Shown piece by piece: positions 9,002 to 18,028 of a stretch of DNA of 64,000 nt. The position numbers and the translations under genes are program-made. The notes beneath the pieces are model-generated. The model was not told where the DNA came from, did no database searches, and worked only from the letters and a program-made list of their open reading frames with translations. Numbering within the stretch: the first letter of the stretch is position 1; each line of letters opens with the position of its first letter. The DNA comes from an uncultured Chlorobiaceae bacterium (GTDB lineage: Bacteria > Bacteroidota > Ignavibacteria > UBA10030 > SZUA-254): the NCBI GenBank assembly GCA_964410105.1, contig CAYPFY010000002.1:6557-70556 (forward strand), given 5' to 3'.

Positions 9002-10273
9002 TTAAAATTCAACTCCGACAGCAAGCATAAACGTATTTTTTCTGAAATCATAATAGGGAGCGTTCGACTCATTCCGGAAATAATGCAACTCCGCCCGCGC
9101 CTCGAGAGTTCTGGCCGCGCCCAGTGCGAACGGGCGGGACAGAACCGCAGCCCCTTCCCAGCGGTCATCCAGGCGGTGATCGGCGATAAGCAGCGTATCG
9201 GAAAGATCGAAAGCAGGCGTCGAATATTTTTTCGATGCATACTGGCCCCTCAGCGTCAGCGTCAATGCAAACGGAAAAGTCTGGTCGATCTGCAGAAAAA
9301 TCTCATTCGCTGAAAAAGCGTAGTGATCGTCAAAAACCTCTCCCCGGGCGACGGCGTTCCCCGCAAAAAAATCATCCTCCCCTGTATTCCCCACCTGGCC
9401 CCTCAGAGTTCTGGCTGTCGTCGAAGGATTTGCATAGCGCGTAAACTGAGCGATGAAAACCGTTCCGGGGGGAAAGGCCTGTTTGATCTGAAGACTCGCA
9501 TGAGGCTGGGCAACGTGGCCGATACTCATCGTGTCGCTGACAGTATACAAGCCACCGGAAGCGCCCCCTTTGCCGACCCCTGTCGAGGCCGACCCCCTCA
9601 TGAACGAATGCACGGTCGTAAAGGGATAATGCTTGATCCCGTAGGAGAACCCCGCGGTGAACGAACCCCTCGGCGCGGTGGAGCCCGTAATCCCGAGAGA
9701 GAGCAGATGTTCCACATTCGTGAGGCCCGGCAGATTGGGATAGGAGCGATAGGTGAGGGAATACGAAGGCCAGGAAACAAGCAGGCTTCCCAGAGGCTGC
9801 CGGAATTGAAGAGACCCCTGGATCCTGGAATTGTCATACTGCTCGAATTCAATCTTATCAAACTGTGATGCCCCGAGCAGCGTGAGGCTCAGAAAGCGAT
9901 CGAGGCTATCGGCATGAGAGATCCCTGATGGCGCTCCGGCGGGATTCCCGGAAGAATCGGGAGGATCGTCCTCACCGCCGTAAAACTGATACGACGTACC
10001 GACCGTAAGGGCATGGAGGTGATAATTGCGCGCCGAAAGATCATTGAACCGGAAAAAAGCCCCGACATAGGATGCGGAAAAAGTAAATTGATTTGCGTCC
10101 CAGTCGTGTGATGCATTCAGCTGCAGCTGAGTAATCTGGTCGGGCGTAGCGGAGTAAATATCAAAAATATTCTGGTCATGGATCGTGGCTGTTTCCAGCT
10201 CAATATCCTGGGCAAGAGCGGCAAACGAAAACGAAACCCAGCAGATCAGCGCAAACGTATGTCGAGCGATCAT
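9002..10273 (-). CDS. outer-membrane beta-barrel protein (hypothetical)
   Basis: Signal peptide MIARHTFALICWVSFSFAALAQ (internal start at 10273). Alternating amphipathic strands rich in Y/F/G/S/T. Terminal residue is Phe, typical of OMP beta-signals. The stop lies 4 nt before the downstream T9SS cargo gene. Confidence 0.6.
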   Translation of the reverse strand: MIARHTFALICWVSFSFAALAQDIELETATIHDQNIFDIYSATPDQITQLQLNASHDWDANQFTFSASYVGAFFRFNDLSARNYHLHALTVGTSYQFYGGEDDPPDSSGNPAGAPSGISHADSLDRFLSLTLLGASQFDKIEFEQYDNSRIQGSLQFRQPLGSLLVSWPSYSLTYRSYPNLPGLTNVEHLLSLGITGSTAPRGSFTAGFSYGIKHYPFTTVHSFMRGSASTGVGKGGASGGLYTVSDTMSIGHVAQPHASLQIKQAFPPGTVFIAQFTRYANPSTTARTLRGQVGNTGEDDFFAGNAVARGEVFDDHYAFSANEIFLQIDQTFPFALTLTLRGQYASKKYSTPAFDLSDTLLIADHRLDDRWEGAAVLSRPFALGAARTLEARAELHYFRNESNAPYYDFRKNTFMLAVGVEF

Positions 10274-10631
10274 AGTCAGAAAGCGTGAAAAACGGGGAGG
10301 AACTCCGCAGCCGCCATTACACAAAACGTGTCGTTTCAATAAATTGAGATTTTGGGGAAGAATCAAGTTAAAAATTAACATGCCGGACCCCGAATTAACT
10401 CAAATTCCGGCAATGATATAGTGCGGCGCATCACCACGGGTAATCATTGAAGAGCAGCGTAAAGCGAAGAGTCACAGGGATGACGTTCAGCCATCGGAGG
10501 ACAACACGAAAAACCATCAAAATCAAAAGCGCAAACATGCTACGGCGCCATCCATTCTGAGTTCCAAATAATCCTCCGCCGGTCCCGCAACCGAATTAGT
10601 CACACGGGGAAAAACCGGACGGGCCGCAGGC

Positions 10632-11498
10632 TTGAACGCGATGTGTGATACTCTTATATTTCGTCGTTTGATGAAAAAGGACAGAATACTTAGACTCCTG
10701 GTCCCTTCGGTGCCCGTCCTTGCGAGGACCCCCCTGGCCCCGATCCTTGACATGGTGGACGGCTACATAAGGCGGGGGCATGAAGAATGGCGTGAATTAC
10801 CCCCGGCTTCATTGAGAATGAAAATCGGCGTAGGAAACCGGATCATACGAAACCACGAGCAATTCATCGAATCCGGAAAAATGATTGTGACCGAACTGAG
10901 CGGGCGGGGATTTCTAGCGAAAAATTCATCGGTCCTCGAGCTCGGCTGCGGATGCGGGCGCAATGCCATTGCCCTGTCCCGGTTTCTCGGTGGCGCGGGG
11001 AGTTATGCGGGGCAGGACGTTGACCGGGAAATGATCGAATGGTGTCAGAACAACCTTCAAAATGAGAGAATAAAATTCTACCACGCGGATCTCTACAGCA
11101 AAGTCTACAATCCGGACGGCAAACCGGTGGAAGAATACACCTTCCCTGCGGGCGATGGCAGCGTTTCGCTCATCATTTCGGTATCCCTCTACAGCCATCT
11201 CCTGAGCAAGGATTTTGCCCATTACATTAAAGAATCGGGCAGAGTACTCTTTACCGGCGGCCACCTGCACATGACCCTCTTCCTCCTTGACTTCGTCAGA
11301 CCGAGGCTGGGAGACCGCTGGACTTTTTCGCACAAACTGGATGACTGTTATGTCGACAGCCTCCGGTATCCCGAAGCCGCCGTTGCTTATGAGCTCAAAA
11401 CCGTCGAGAAGTTTCTGGGAGAAAGCAGCCTTTCGATCGTTGATATTTATAATAAAGACAACCACCAACAGACAGTCATAGCGCGGAAAAGAGCATGA
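10632..11498 (+). CDS. class I SAM-dependent methyltransferase
   Basis: Motif I VLELGCGCGRNAIAL followed by acidic motif II. 288 aa. Confidence 0.7.
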   Translation: MNAMCDTLIFRRLMKKDRILRLLVPSVPVLARTPLAPILDMVDGYIRRGHEEWRELPPASLRMKIGVGNRIIRNHEQFIESGKMIVTELSGRGFLAKNSSVLELGCGCGRNAIALSRFLGGAGSYAGQDVDREMIEWCQNNLQNERIKFYHADLYSKVYNPDGKPVEEYTFPAGDGSVSLIISVSLYSHLLSKDFAHYIKESGRVLFTGGHLHMTLFLLDFVRPRLGDRWTFSHKLDDCYVDSLRYPEAAVAYELKTVEKFLGESSLSIVDIYNKDNHQQTVIARKRA

Positions 11499-12196
11499 AA
11501 ACCGTGGGATTAATCGGGGGGACCACATGGATATCGACCATCGAGTATTATAGAGCAATCAATCGCCTCACCAACGAGCGCCTGGGGGGTATAAACTCCG
11601 CCAAAATCCTTCTTTACTCATTAAACATGGGGGAAATCCTCACCCTGATAAACTCAGGTGAGTGGGAGACCATTGGAGACATGCTCTCAAAACATGCGCG
11701 GCAACTGGAGAATGTGGGGGCGGACTGCATCCTCCTCTGTGCGAACACTCTTCACAAGCTTGCCGGCAGGGTGCAGGCGGGCATTGGCGTGCCGCTCATC
11801 CACCTGGCCGAGGCCACGGCGCGGGAAATTGTGAAGCAGAAAATCACGCGGGTAGCGTTATTGGGAACGCGATTCACCATGGAGGAGCCTTTTTTCGCCG
11901 ATACCCTTTCACAGCACGGCATTCAAACGAACATACCAGATCAAAACCAGCGCGAGTTCATCCACTCCTCGATACTCAACGAGCTCGGACGGGACATATT
12001 CCGAGATGAAACGAAGAAGAAATACATCGACATCATAAAACAGATGCAGAGTGACGGAGCGGGAGGGATAATACTTGGCTGCACGGAGATCCCGCTCCTT
12101 GTCAAACAATCCGACTCCGGCTGTCCGTTGTTCGACACAACCCTCATACACGCACGGGCTGCTGTAAACTTTGCACTTGACGAACCTTTATCATAA
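11495..12196 (+). CDS. aspartate/glutamate racemase family protein (aspartate racemase-like)
   Basis: MKTVGLIGGTTWISTIEYYR N-terminus. Two catalytic Cys regions: ILLCANTLH and GIILGCTEIPLL. ATGA overlap with the upstream methyltransferase. Confidence 0.85.
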   Translation: MKTVGLIGGTTWISTIEYYRAINRLTNERLGGINSAKILLYSLNMGEILTLINSGEWETIGDMLSKHARQLENVGADCILLCANTLHKLAGRVQAGIGVPLIHLAEATAREIVKQKITRVALLGTRFTMEEPFFADTLSQHGIQTNIPDQNQREFIHSSILNELGRDIFRDETKKKYIDIIKQMQSDGAGGIILGCTEIPLLVKQSDSGCPLFDTTLIHARAAVNFALDEPLS

Positions 12197-12216
12197 TAAG
12201 GATTGAGAGCGTAGCG

Positions 12217-13173
12217 GTGGGCAAGAGGATCAGAATCGGGATCGTCGGCGTGGGGGGAGTGGGCGGGTACATCGGGGCCAAACTCGCGGCAACTTTCGAC
12301 CTGTCCCCGGCGGTGGAGGTAGGGGTCCTCGCGAGGGGAGAAGCGGCAAAGGCCATCGCGTCGGACGGGCTCAGGCTGATCACGCCCGCCGGGGAGATCA
12401 CCGCACGTCCTTCTCTTGTCACGAGCCAGCCCGAGGAGCTTGGCATCCTTGACCTCATCATCTGCTGTGTGAAGACATACGATCTCGAACAGGCGATGAC
12501 GATCATGAAGCCGTGCATCGGGGAAAAAACCTCCATCCTGCCGTTACAGAATGGGGTTGACGCAACCGAAAGGCTCACAAGCATGTATCCGGGCACAGAT
12601 ATCTGGTCCGGGTGCATTTACCTCATATCAAGAAAGAAATCGCCGGGACTTGTGGAGCAGACCGGCGACATCCACACGATGTACTTTGGAGGAAAAGAGG
12701 AGGCGGGATTAAAGATTTACCACATGGAAAACGTCTTTGCCGAGGCCGGGATAGACGGCCGGGTATCGGAAGAAATTTTGAGGACAATCTGGGAAAAATA
12801 CATATTCATCTCCCCTTTGGGCACCATCACCTCCTATCTGGATCGTCCCATCGGCGACATACTCAGCACGCCCGATGACAGGCGACTGCTTGAGAGTTTG
12901 CTGGAGGAGGTGAAAGCCGTGGCCAGGGAGGCCGGATTCGGGGATGACATAATAGAGAGAACCCTCCAAAAAATATCCGCTCTCCCCCCTGATTCCACCT
13001 CATCGATGCACAGAGATTTCAAAAAAGGGGGGAAAACGGAGGTAGAGTCATTGACCGGTTACATTGTCGAATCCGGGAAGAAACAAAACATCGCGACGCC
13101 CCAGTATGAGAGGATTTACAGCGAACTTTTGGAAAAGTCCAAATCGCTTCGAACTTACCGCGGATCCCAATGA
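12217..13173 (+). CDS. panE: 2-dehydropantoate 2-reductase (ketopantoate reductase, ApbA/PanE family)
   Basis: Rossmann IGIVGVGGVGGYIGAKLA. LQNGV. C-terminal SSMHRD...KGGKTEVESLTGYIV matches the PanE SSMLQD...TEID..NG signature. Confidence 0.85.
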   Translation: MGKRIRIGIVGVGGVGGYIGAKLAATFDLSPAVEVGVLARGEAAKAIASDGLRLITPAGEITARPSLVTSQPEELGILDLIICCVKTYDLEQAMTIMKPCIGEKTSILPLQNGVDATERLTSMYPGTDIWSGCIYLISRKKSPGLVEQTGDIHTMYFGGKEEAGLKIYHMENVFAEAGIDGRVSEEILRTIWEKYIFISPLGTITSYLDRPIGDILSTPDDRRLLESLLEEVKAVAREAGFGDDIIERTLQKISALPPDSTSSMHRDFKKGGKTEVESLTGYIVESGKKQNIATPQYERIYSELLEKSKSLRTYRGSQ

Positions 13174-14066
13174 AGAATTCATCTGCGGCTCACAAAAAGA
13201 AAAAAAGGGGGACCGAAACAAGCTCCTTCGGCACGAAGGGGAGAATAAGCCACGATTCCTCGAGATTCTACAAATCCCGGCTTTACAATTCGTTCGAAAC
13301 CGCGAAATCGGTGCCGCTCGCGGAAAAAAGGCTGCCGGCGAAACATCAGAATAGAGTAATCGTCGGAAGCTCGGAGAACATGAGGGAGCTTCCTTCCGGA
13401 TGCATACACATGATGGTCACCTCTCCTCCCTACAACGCCTCAAAAGAATATGACAACGACCTCACGCTGGCCGAATACCTGGAGCTCCTGAAAAAAGTCT
13501 TTTCCGAGACACATCGCGTCCTCGTCGAAGGGGGTCGAGCCTGCATCAACGTCGCGAATCTGGGAAGGAAGCCGTACATACCCCTTTCGGATCACATCTC
13601 GCGCATGATGACAGACATCGGATTCAACATGCGGGGAGAAATCATATGGAACAAGGCGGCAAGCGCTAGTCCGTCGACGGCATGGGGGAGCTGGCAATCG
13701 GCGGCCAACCCCATCCTGAGGGACATACACGAATACATCTTAATCTTCTCGAAAGGAACATACTCCCGCGATCCCAGGGAAAACACCATATCACGTGAAC
13801 AATTCCTTGAATGGACGAAGTCCATATGGACCATGAAATCGGAATCGGCGAGGAAAGTCGGGCATCCGGCCCCGTTTCCGGAGGAGCTGCCGAGACGGCT
13901 CATACAGCTCTACACCTTCAAGGGGGATGTCGTCCTCGACCCTTTCATGGGAAGCGGGACAACGGGCATGGCAGCAATAAGAAGCGGAAGAAAATTTGTC
14001 GGATACGAGATCAGCAAAGAGTACGCTGCCCTGGCGGCCAGGCGCATAGGCGGGATAAGCCCCTGA
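13170..14066 (+). CDS. DNA methyltransferase, beta-class N6A/N4C (DNA methylase N-4/N-6 domain); orphan
   Basis: Catalytic SPPY motif (VTSPPYNASKEY) precedes the SAM motif DPFMGSGTTGMAA; this is the beta-class order. Lys-rich N-terminal tail. ATGA overlap with panE. No adjacent restriction endonuclease. Confidence 0.8.
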   Translation: MKNSSAAHKKKKRGTETSSFGTKGRISHDSSRFYKSRLYNSFETAKSVPLAEKRLPAKHQNRVIVGSSENMRELPSGCIHMMVTSPPYNASKEYDNDLTLAEYLELLKKVFSETHRVLVEGGRACINVANLGRKPYIPLSDHISRMMTDIGFNMRGEIIWNKAASASPSTAWGSWQSAANPILRDIHEYILIFSKGTYSRDPRENTISREQFLEWTKSIWTMKSESARKVGHPAPFPEELPRRLIQLYTFKGDVVLDPFMGSGTTGMAAIRSGRKFVGYEISKEYAALAARRIGGISP

Positions 14067-14070
14067 ACAA

Positions 14071-15432
14071 CTAATCGGGAGTCGGGAAAAGCTCCCGGTG
14101 CAGCGACTCTACGGCGGGGAGAATATGATCTTCGCTGATCACGAACGTAAGATTAATCTCCGACCCCCCGTGAGAAATCAGTTCCACATTCACCCCTGCG
14201 CGCCCCAGGGCGTCGAACACCCGGCCAGCGATCCCGGTCGTATATTTCAGATTTTCTCCTACGACGCAGACGACCGCCTTCTTCCTTTCCACGGACACTT
14301 CGGCAAACGCGCCGAGCTCACGGACGATCGGCTCGAGATCCTCATCGTCGTCGACGGTGAGGGACACGGCCACCTCTGACGTAGCGACCACGTCGATACT
14401 TTTTTCAAAAACCTTAAAAACCTCAAACACGCGGGAGAGAAATCCGTACGCCATCAGCATGCGGGTACTCTGGATCGTAATGACGGTGATACCTTTTTTA
14501 TAGGCGATCGATTTCACGGCGAAATCCGCCTGAACCTTTGGCTGCATCGTGATGCGGGTCCCCTCGACGTTCGGCCGTCGGGAATTCAGCACCCTCACCG
14601 GGATATTCTTTTTCATCGCCGGCAGGATCGTGCTGGGATGCAGAACTTTCGCCCCGAAATAGGCAAGCTCTGCGGCCTCACTGAACGATAAATCGCTGAT
14701 AAGCCGCGCCCCGGGGATGAGAGAGGGATCGGCGGTCAGCATACCGTCGACATCCGTCCATATCTGAATCTCTTCGGCACCGAGGGCGGAGCCAAAAATG
14801 GCGGCCGAATAATCCGATCCGCCGCGACCCAGAGTTGTCGTAATCCCCTTTTCCGTCGCGCCGACAAATCCCTGAGTAATAATAACCTCTTCACGCACGG
14901 GCGGGATCACCTCACGGGCCCTTGATTCGATCCGGTCAAAAAGCGGCTCGGCGCGCATGAAATCGTCAGAGGTAATGATAATCTCGCCGGCATCGAGGAG
15001 GCAGGTCGAGAGATTCCTTTCCCGCAGAGCGGAAGCAAGCAGCAAAGATGACCACCGCTCGCCCAGGGAGGCGCATTGATCGAGAAGACGCGGAGTAACC
15101 TCGCCGACGACCGCGATGCTTTTTGCAAGATGCGAAAGATCGTCAAACTGCGGGGCCAGATTCTCCTTGACCGCACCGGCAGATTCTTTCCCCAAGAGCT
15201 CATCGGCGATCCTGAAATGCCTTTTCTTCAGCATAGAGACATCGTCAAGGGATTTATCAAGACACCCCTCGGCAGCACCGCGGGAAAGTCGGAGCAAGGC
15301 ATTCGTCACACCCGCGCAGGCAGACATCACGACAAGAGGCTTTCGATCGACCCGGCCGGCGATAATCTGGCAGACGTTTCGCAAAGCATTGGCATCCTCG
15401 ACGGAGGTGCCGCCAAATTTCATGACAATCAT
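14071..15432 (-). CDS. lysC: aspartate kinase with C-terminal ACT domains
   Basis: Start MIVMKFGGTSV (internal; the track start is an extension). Amino-acid kinase family motifs. Two ACT repeats near the C-terminus. Confidence 0.9.
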   Translation of the reverse strand: MIVMKFGGTSVEDANALRNVCQIIAGRVDRKPLVVMSACAGVTNALLRLSRGAAEGCLDKSLDDVSMLKKRHFRIADELLGKESAGAVKENLAPQFDDLSHLAKSIAVVGEVTPRLLDQCASLGERWSSLLLASALRERNLSTCLLDAGEIIITSDDFMRAEPLFDRIESRAREVIPPVREEVIITQGFVGATEKGITTTLGRGGSDYSAAIFGSALGAEEIQIWTDVDGMLTADPSLIPGARLISDLSFSEAAELAYFGAKVLHPSTILPAMKKNIPVRVLNSRRPNVEGTRITMQPKVQADFAVKSIAYKKGITVITIQSTRMLMAYGFLSRVFEVFKVFEKSIDVVATSEVAVSLTVDDDEDLEPIVRELGAFAEVSVERKKAVVCVVGENLKYTTGIAGRVFDALGRAGVNVELISHGGSEINLTFVISEDHILPAVESLHRELFPTPD

Positions 15433-15800
15433 AGATTTTTCTGCAACACGTGCACGGGATATTCGCAGTCGCGAGCTGATGAGCTTACGCGAGAGAGGAT
15501 GGGCCGACCAAGGAGCTCGGCTCAATCAGGACTGATCTTTACCACGATGATTCCCGGTTCCGTTGTGTTCAAATATTACAATAAGACAGGTCAACATCAA
15601 GTTAAGCCCCGCCGTATCCATTCCAGGCAGCATGGGGAAGCGAGAATGACAACTGAATCGAAGAAGATCGTCGGAGGAAAGTGTCGGGAGTGATGAGACC
15701 AGTCGGGTACTCCCATCATGCTTTACCCGAGAACCGACTGGCCTCTACACGGGAAGGTGATCAACAAAGCGAGGGCTGAATCCCGTTGAAACTTCGAAAC

Positions 15801-15855
15801 GCGCCGACGGCACAGTGTTCAGGAGTCAGGAACACTGTGCCAAAAATGCCGGCGC
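15801..15855 (-). terminator. GC-rich nested palindrome immediately downstream of the BNR gene stop; putative intrinsic terminator or protein-binding site
   Basis: A perfect 12-bp stem, GGCACAGTGTTC (15809-15820) paired with GAACACTGTGCC (15830-15841), has a 9-nt loop. It is enclosed by an outer stem, GCGCCG (15801-15806) paired with CGGCGC (15850-15855). An A5 run at 15842-15846 on the plus strand becomes a U-run on the minus strand, but that run lies 5' of the inner stem, not 3'. Confidence 0.4.
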
Positions 15856-15856
15856 A

Positions 15857-18013
15857 TTACTTCGCCAGAGTCATCTTTTTGAACTCGGTAAAATCGCCTG
15901 CCTGCAGCCGGCACAGATAGATTCCGCTTGACAGGTCTCCTGCGTTCCATGACACCTTATAGGAACCGGGGTGCAGGGCTTCATGGACCAGGGTGGTGAC
16001 CTCCTGGCCGAGTACGTCGAAGATTTTAACCGAAGCCATCCTCCCCGCCAAAGAGCCGGGGATGTTAAAAACAAACTCTGTTGCGGGATTGAAGGGATTC
16101 GGATAATTCTGGGACAGGGAAAACTCCTTCGGCACAGCTCCAGGAATCTCCCGGACTCCGGTCAGATCGCTGAATGGACGCTTCCACACGCCCAGAAACG
16201 ATCCATACATATACTGTCCCACTTGGGCAAGAGCGGCGATAGAGGGAGGATCGGGAAGCCCCTCATTCACCGGCACCCAGCTTGCGCCGTTATCGCCTGA
16301 CCGATAGACACCCTTTGCGACAGTCGGCGAGTTATGATTAAACCCGGCGAAAAGATAACCGCCTGATGAAAACATCGTCAGAAGATAGCTGGAGCGCGGG
16401 ATCCCGGTACTTGCGACCGTCCACTGGCCCCCGTTATCGGTTGAAATATAGATATTGCCGTTAACTGCATTGGTGAGGCCGACGAAAAGATTTGAACCAT
16501 TCCGGACTATAGAGCAGACATCCTTGCTGAAACCCGGCAGCCCATTATTGGCCGTGGTCCAGGTCGCACCGTTATCCGTCGAATGATAGAGGCCATAGGA
16601 CCCAAAACCTGCCCAGACATCGGCGCCGTCCGGGAAAATCGTGAGCGGACTTCCGAATCCGGGAAGTCCCGTCGCCGGTCCTGACCAGCTCCCGCCGTCG
16701 TCGGTCGAGACGTAGAGCCCTTGAAAAGTCCCGGCATACACCGATGACCCGCCGGCGGCCAGCCGGTTTATCAGGAGAGAGTATCCGCTGAGCGAGCCGT
16801 TCGCAGGCGACCAGGTTGCGCCGTTATCGCCGGATCGGAGGATTCCGGATCCGTCCGAGGTTCCGGCGAACACATAAGAACCTCGAGTCGCCATCGACGT
16901 CACGCCCACGTCACTCGACACGCCGTTATTCACATAAGTCCAGGTCGCCCCCTCGTCGGTCGTCCTTGTGATACCGCCCGGGACTCCGGCAAAGAGGGTC
17001 GTTCCGAGAACTGTCATCGTCAGAGGATTCGCGTTCGCGAGGCCCGAATTTGACAAAGCCCAGCTCCCTCCCCCATTCGTGCTGGCACTGAGACCTGCCC
17101 AGTGCGAAAAAAACACCTTTCCGCCTGCTCCGATCCCGAGATTGAAACCATTCTTCGACTGAAGATTGGATTTTACGGAGACCCAGGATGCGCCGTTATC
17201 GGTTGACCGGTACACGAGTCCCGTATCGACGGCCCCCCCATAGGCACCGGTGACATGAGCATAGATCGACGACCCGTCGGTGGCGAGCGCTCCCACAGTT
17301 GCCCGGAAATTCATACCCGTAGCACTGGCTGACCAATTGGCGCCCGAATTCGTCGAAACGAGAATGGCAGAATCGGACGTTGACGCGAAAACTTTCCCTC
17401 CGGCTAATGCAAACGAATTCACGGATCGGGTATTCCCGAGCCCTGTGCTTGACTGGGTCCAGGAGGCACCGCTATCGGTTGAGGCCCAGACGCCCTTTCC
17501 CCCGAGTCCCGCCAGAAGCTTTGGGCCCACTGCGATAATCGCCGCCGGATAATTATTGGACGGGGAAAAGCCGGTCGCCTTCGTCCAGTCTAGCCCGTCG
17601 TTCGTCGTGCGATAAATGGCATACACGGCGGTGCCGACCACGACACTTCCGCCCAGGGATGCCATGGACATCATGCCAGAGGTGGGGAGTCCGCTTGATC
17701 TCTGGATCCATGAATCCCCGTTATTCGTCGAGACGTAGACCTTGTCGAAACTCCCTGCAAAAAGAGTCGAACCGGATCGGACCATGGTAGATGGTGCGTC
17801 ATCCCCGTTCATCCCCACCATACACTGGGACCAGTTCAGCCCGTTGTCGCTTGAGCGATAGAACCCGCTCCCGCCGACAAACACATACCCGCTCGCAGGA
17901 TCATAGAATACCATACCGGCGCTGCCGCCCTCCGGCCCGTTGGTTTTCACCCATTGAGACAGCGCTGCGGAGTGCAGCGCGAACGCGATCAGAATAGTCG
18001 TAGATATTTTCAT
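15857..18013 (-). CDS. BNR/Asp-box repeat beta-propeller protein with T9SS type-A CTD
   Basis: Signal peptide MKISTTILIAFALHSAALSQ. About 12 S-[TS]-D-x-G-x-[ST]-W repeats. C-terminal SQNYPNPFNPATEFVFNIP...VKIFDVLGQEV...GSYKVSWN...SGIYLCRLQAG. Confidence 0.8.
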   Translation of the reverse strand: MKISTTILIAFALHSAALSQWVKTNGPEGGSAGMVFYDPASGYVFVGGSGFYRSSDNGLNWSQCMVGMNGDDAPSTMVRSGSTLFAGSFDKVYVSTNNGDSWIQRSSGLPTSGMMSMASLGGSVVVGTAVYAIYRTTNDGLDWTKATGFSPSNNYPAAIIAVGPKLLAGLGGKGVWASTDSGASWTQSSTGLGNTRSVNSFALAGGKVFASTSDSAILVSTNSGANWSASATGMNFRATVGALATDGSSIYAHVTGAYGGAVDTGLVYRSTDNGASWVSVKSNLQSKNGFNLGIGAGGKVFFSHWAGLSASTNGGGSWALSNSGLANANPLTMTVLGTTLFAGVPGGITRTTDEGATWTYVNNGVSSDVGVTSMATRGSYVFAGTSDGSGILRSGDNGATWSPANGSLSGYSLLINRLAAGGSSVYAGTFQGLYVSTDDGGSWSGPATGLPGFGSPLTIFPDGADVWAGFGSYGLYHSTDNGATWTTANNGLPGFSKDVCSIVRNGSNLFVGLTNAVNGNIYISTDNGGQWTVASTGIPRSSYLLTMFSSGGYLFAGFNHNSPTVAKGVYRSGDNGASWVPVNEGLPDPPSIAALAQVGQYMYGSFLGVWKRPFSDLTGVREIPGAVPKEFSLSQNYPNPFNPATEFVFNIPGSLAGRMASVKIFDVLGQEVTTLVHEALHPGSYKVSWNAGDLSSGIYLCRLQAGDFTEFKKMTLAK

Positions 18014-18028
18014 GGGAATACTCCTAAA

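Noticed and set aside
8998-9240. Upstream in-frame extensions of track ORFs (5797-9240, 9002-10381, 14071-15525, 37952-40156, 47909-50296, 52499-53485, 56991-58490, 59059-59736)
   Set aside because: The extensions precede obvious signal peptides or conserved N-termini and overlap the 3' ends of upstream genes. The true starts were taken at the internal Met that creates ATGA/GTGA coupling.
13170-14066. Restriction-modification system
   Set aside because: The MTase has no neighbouring endonuclease, specificity or helicase gene. It is flanked by panE and convergent lysC.
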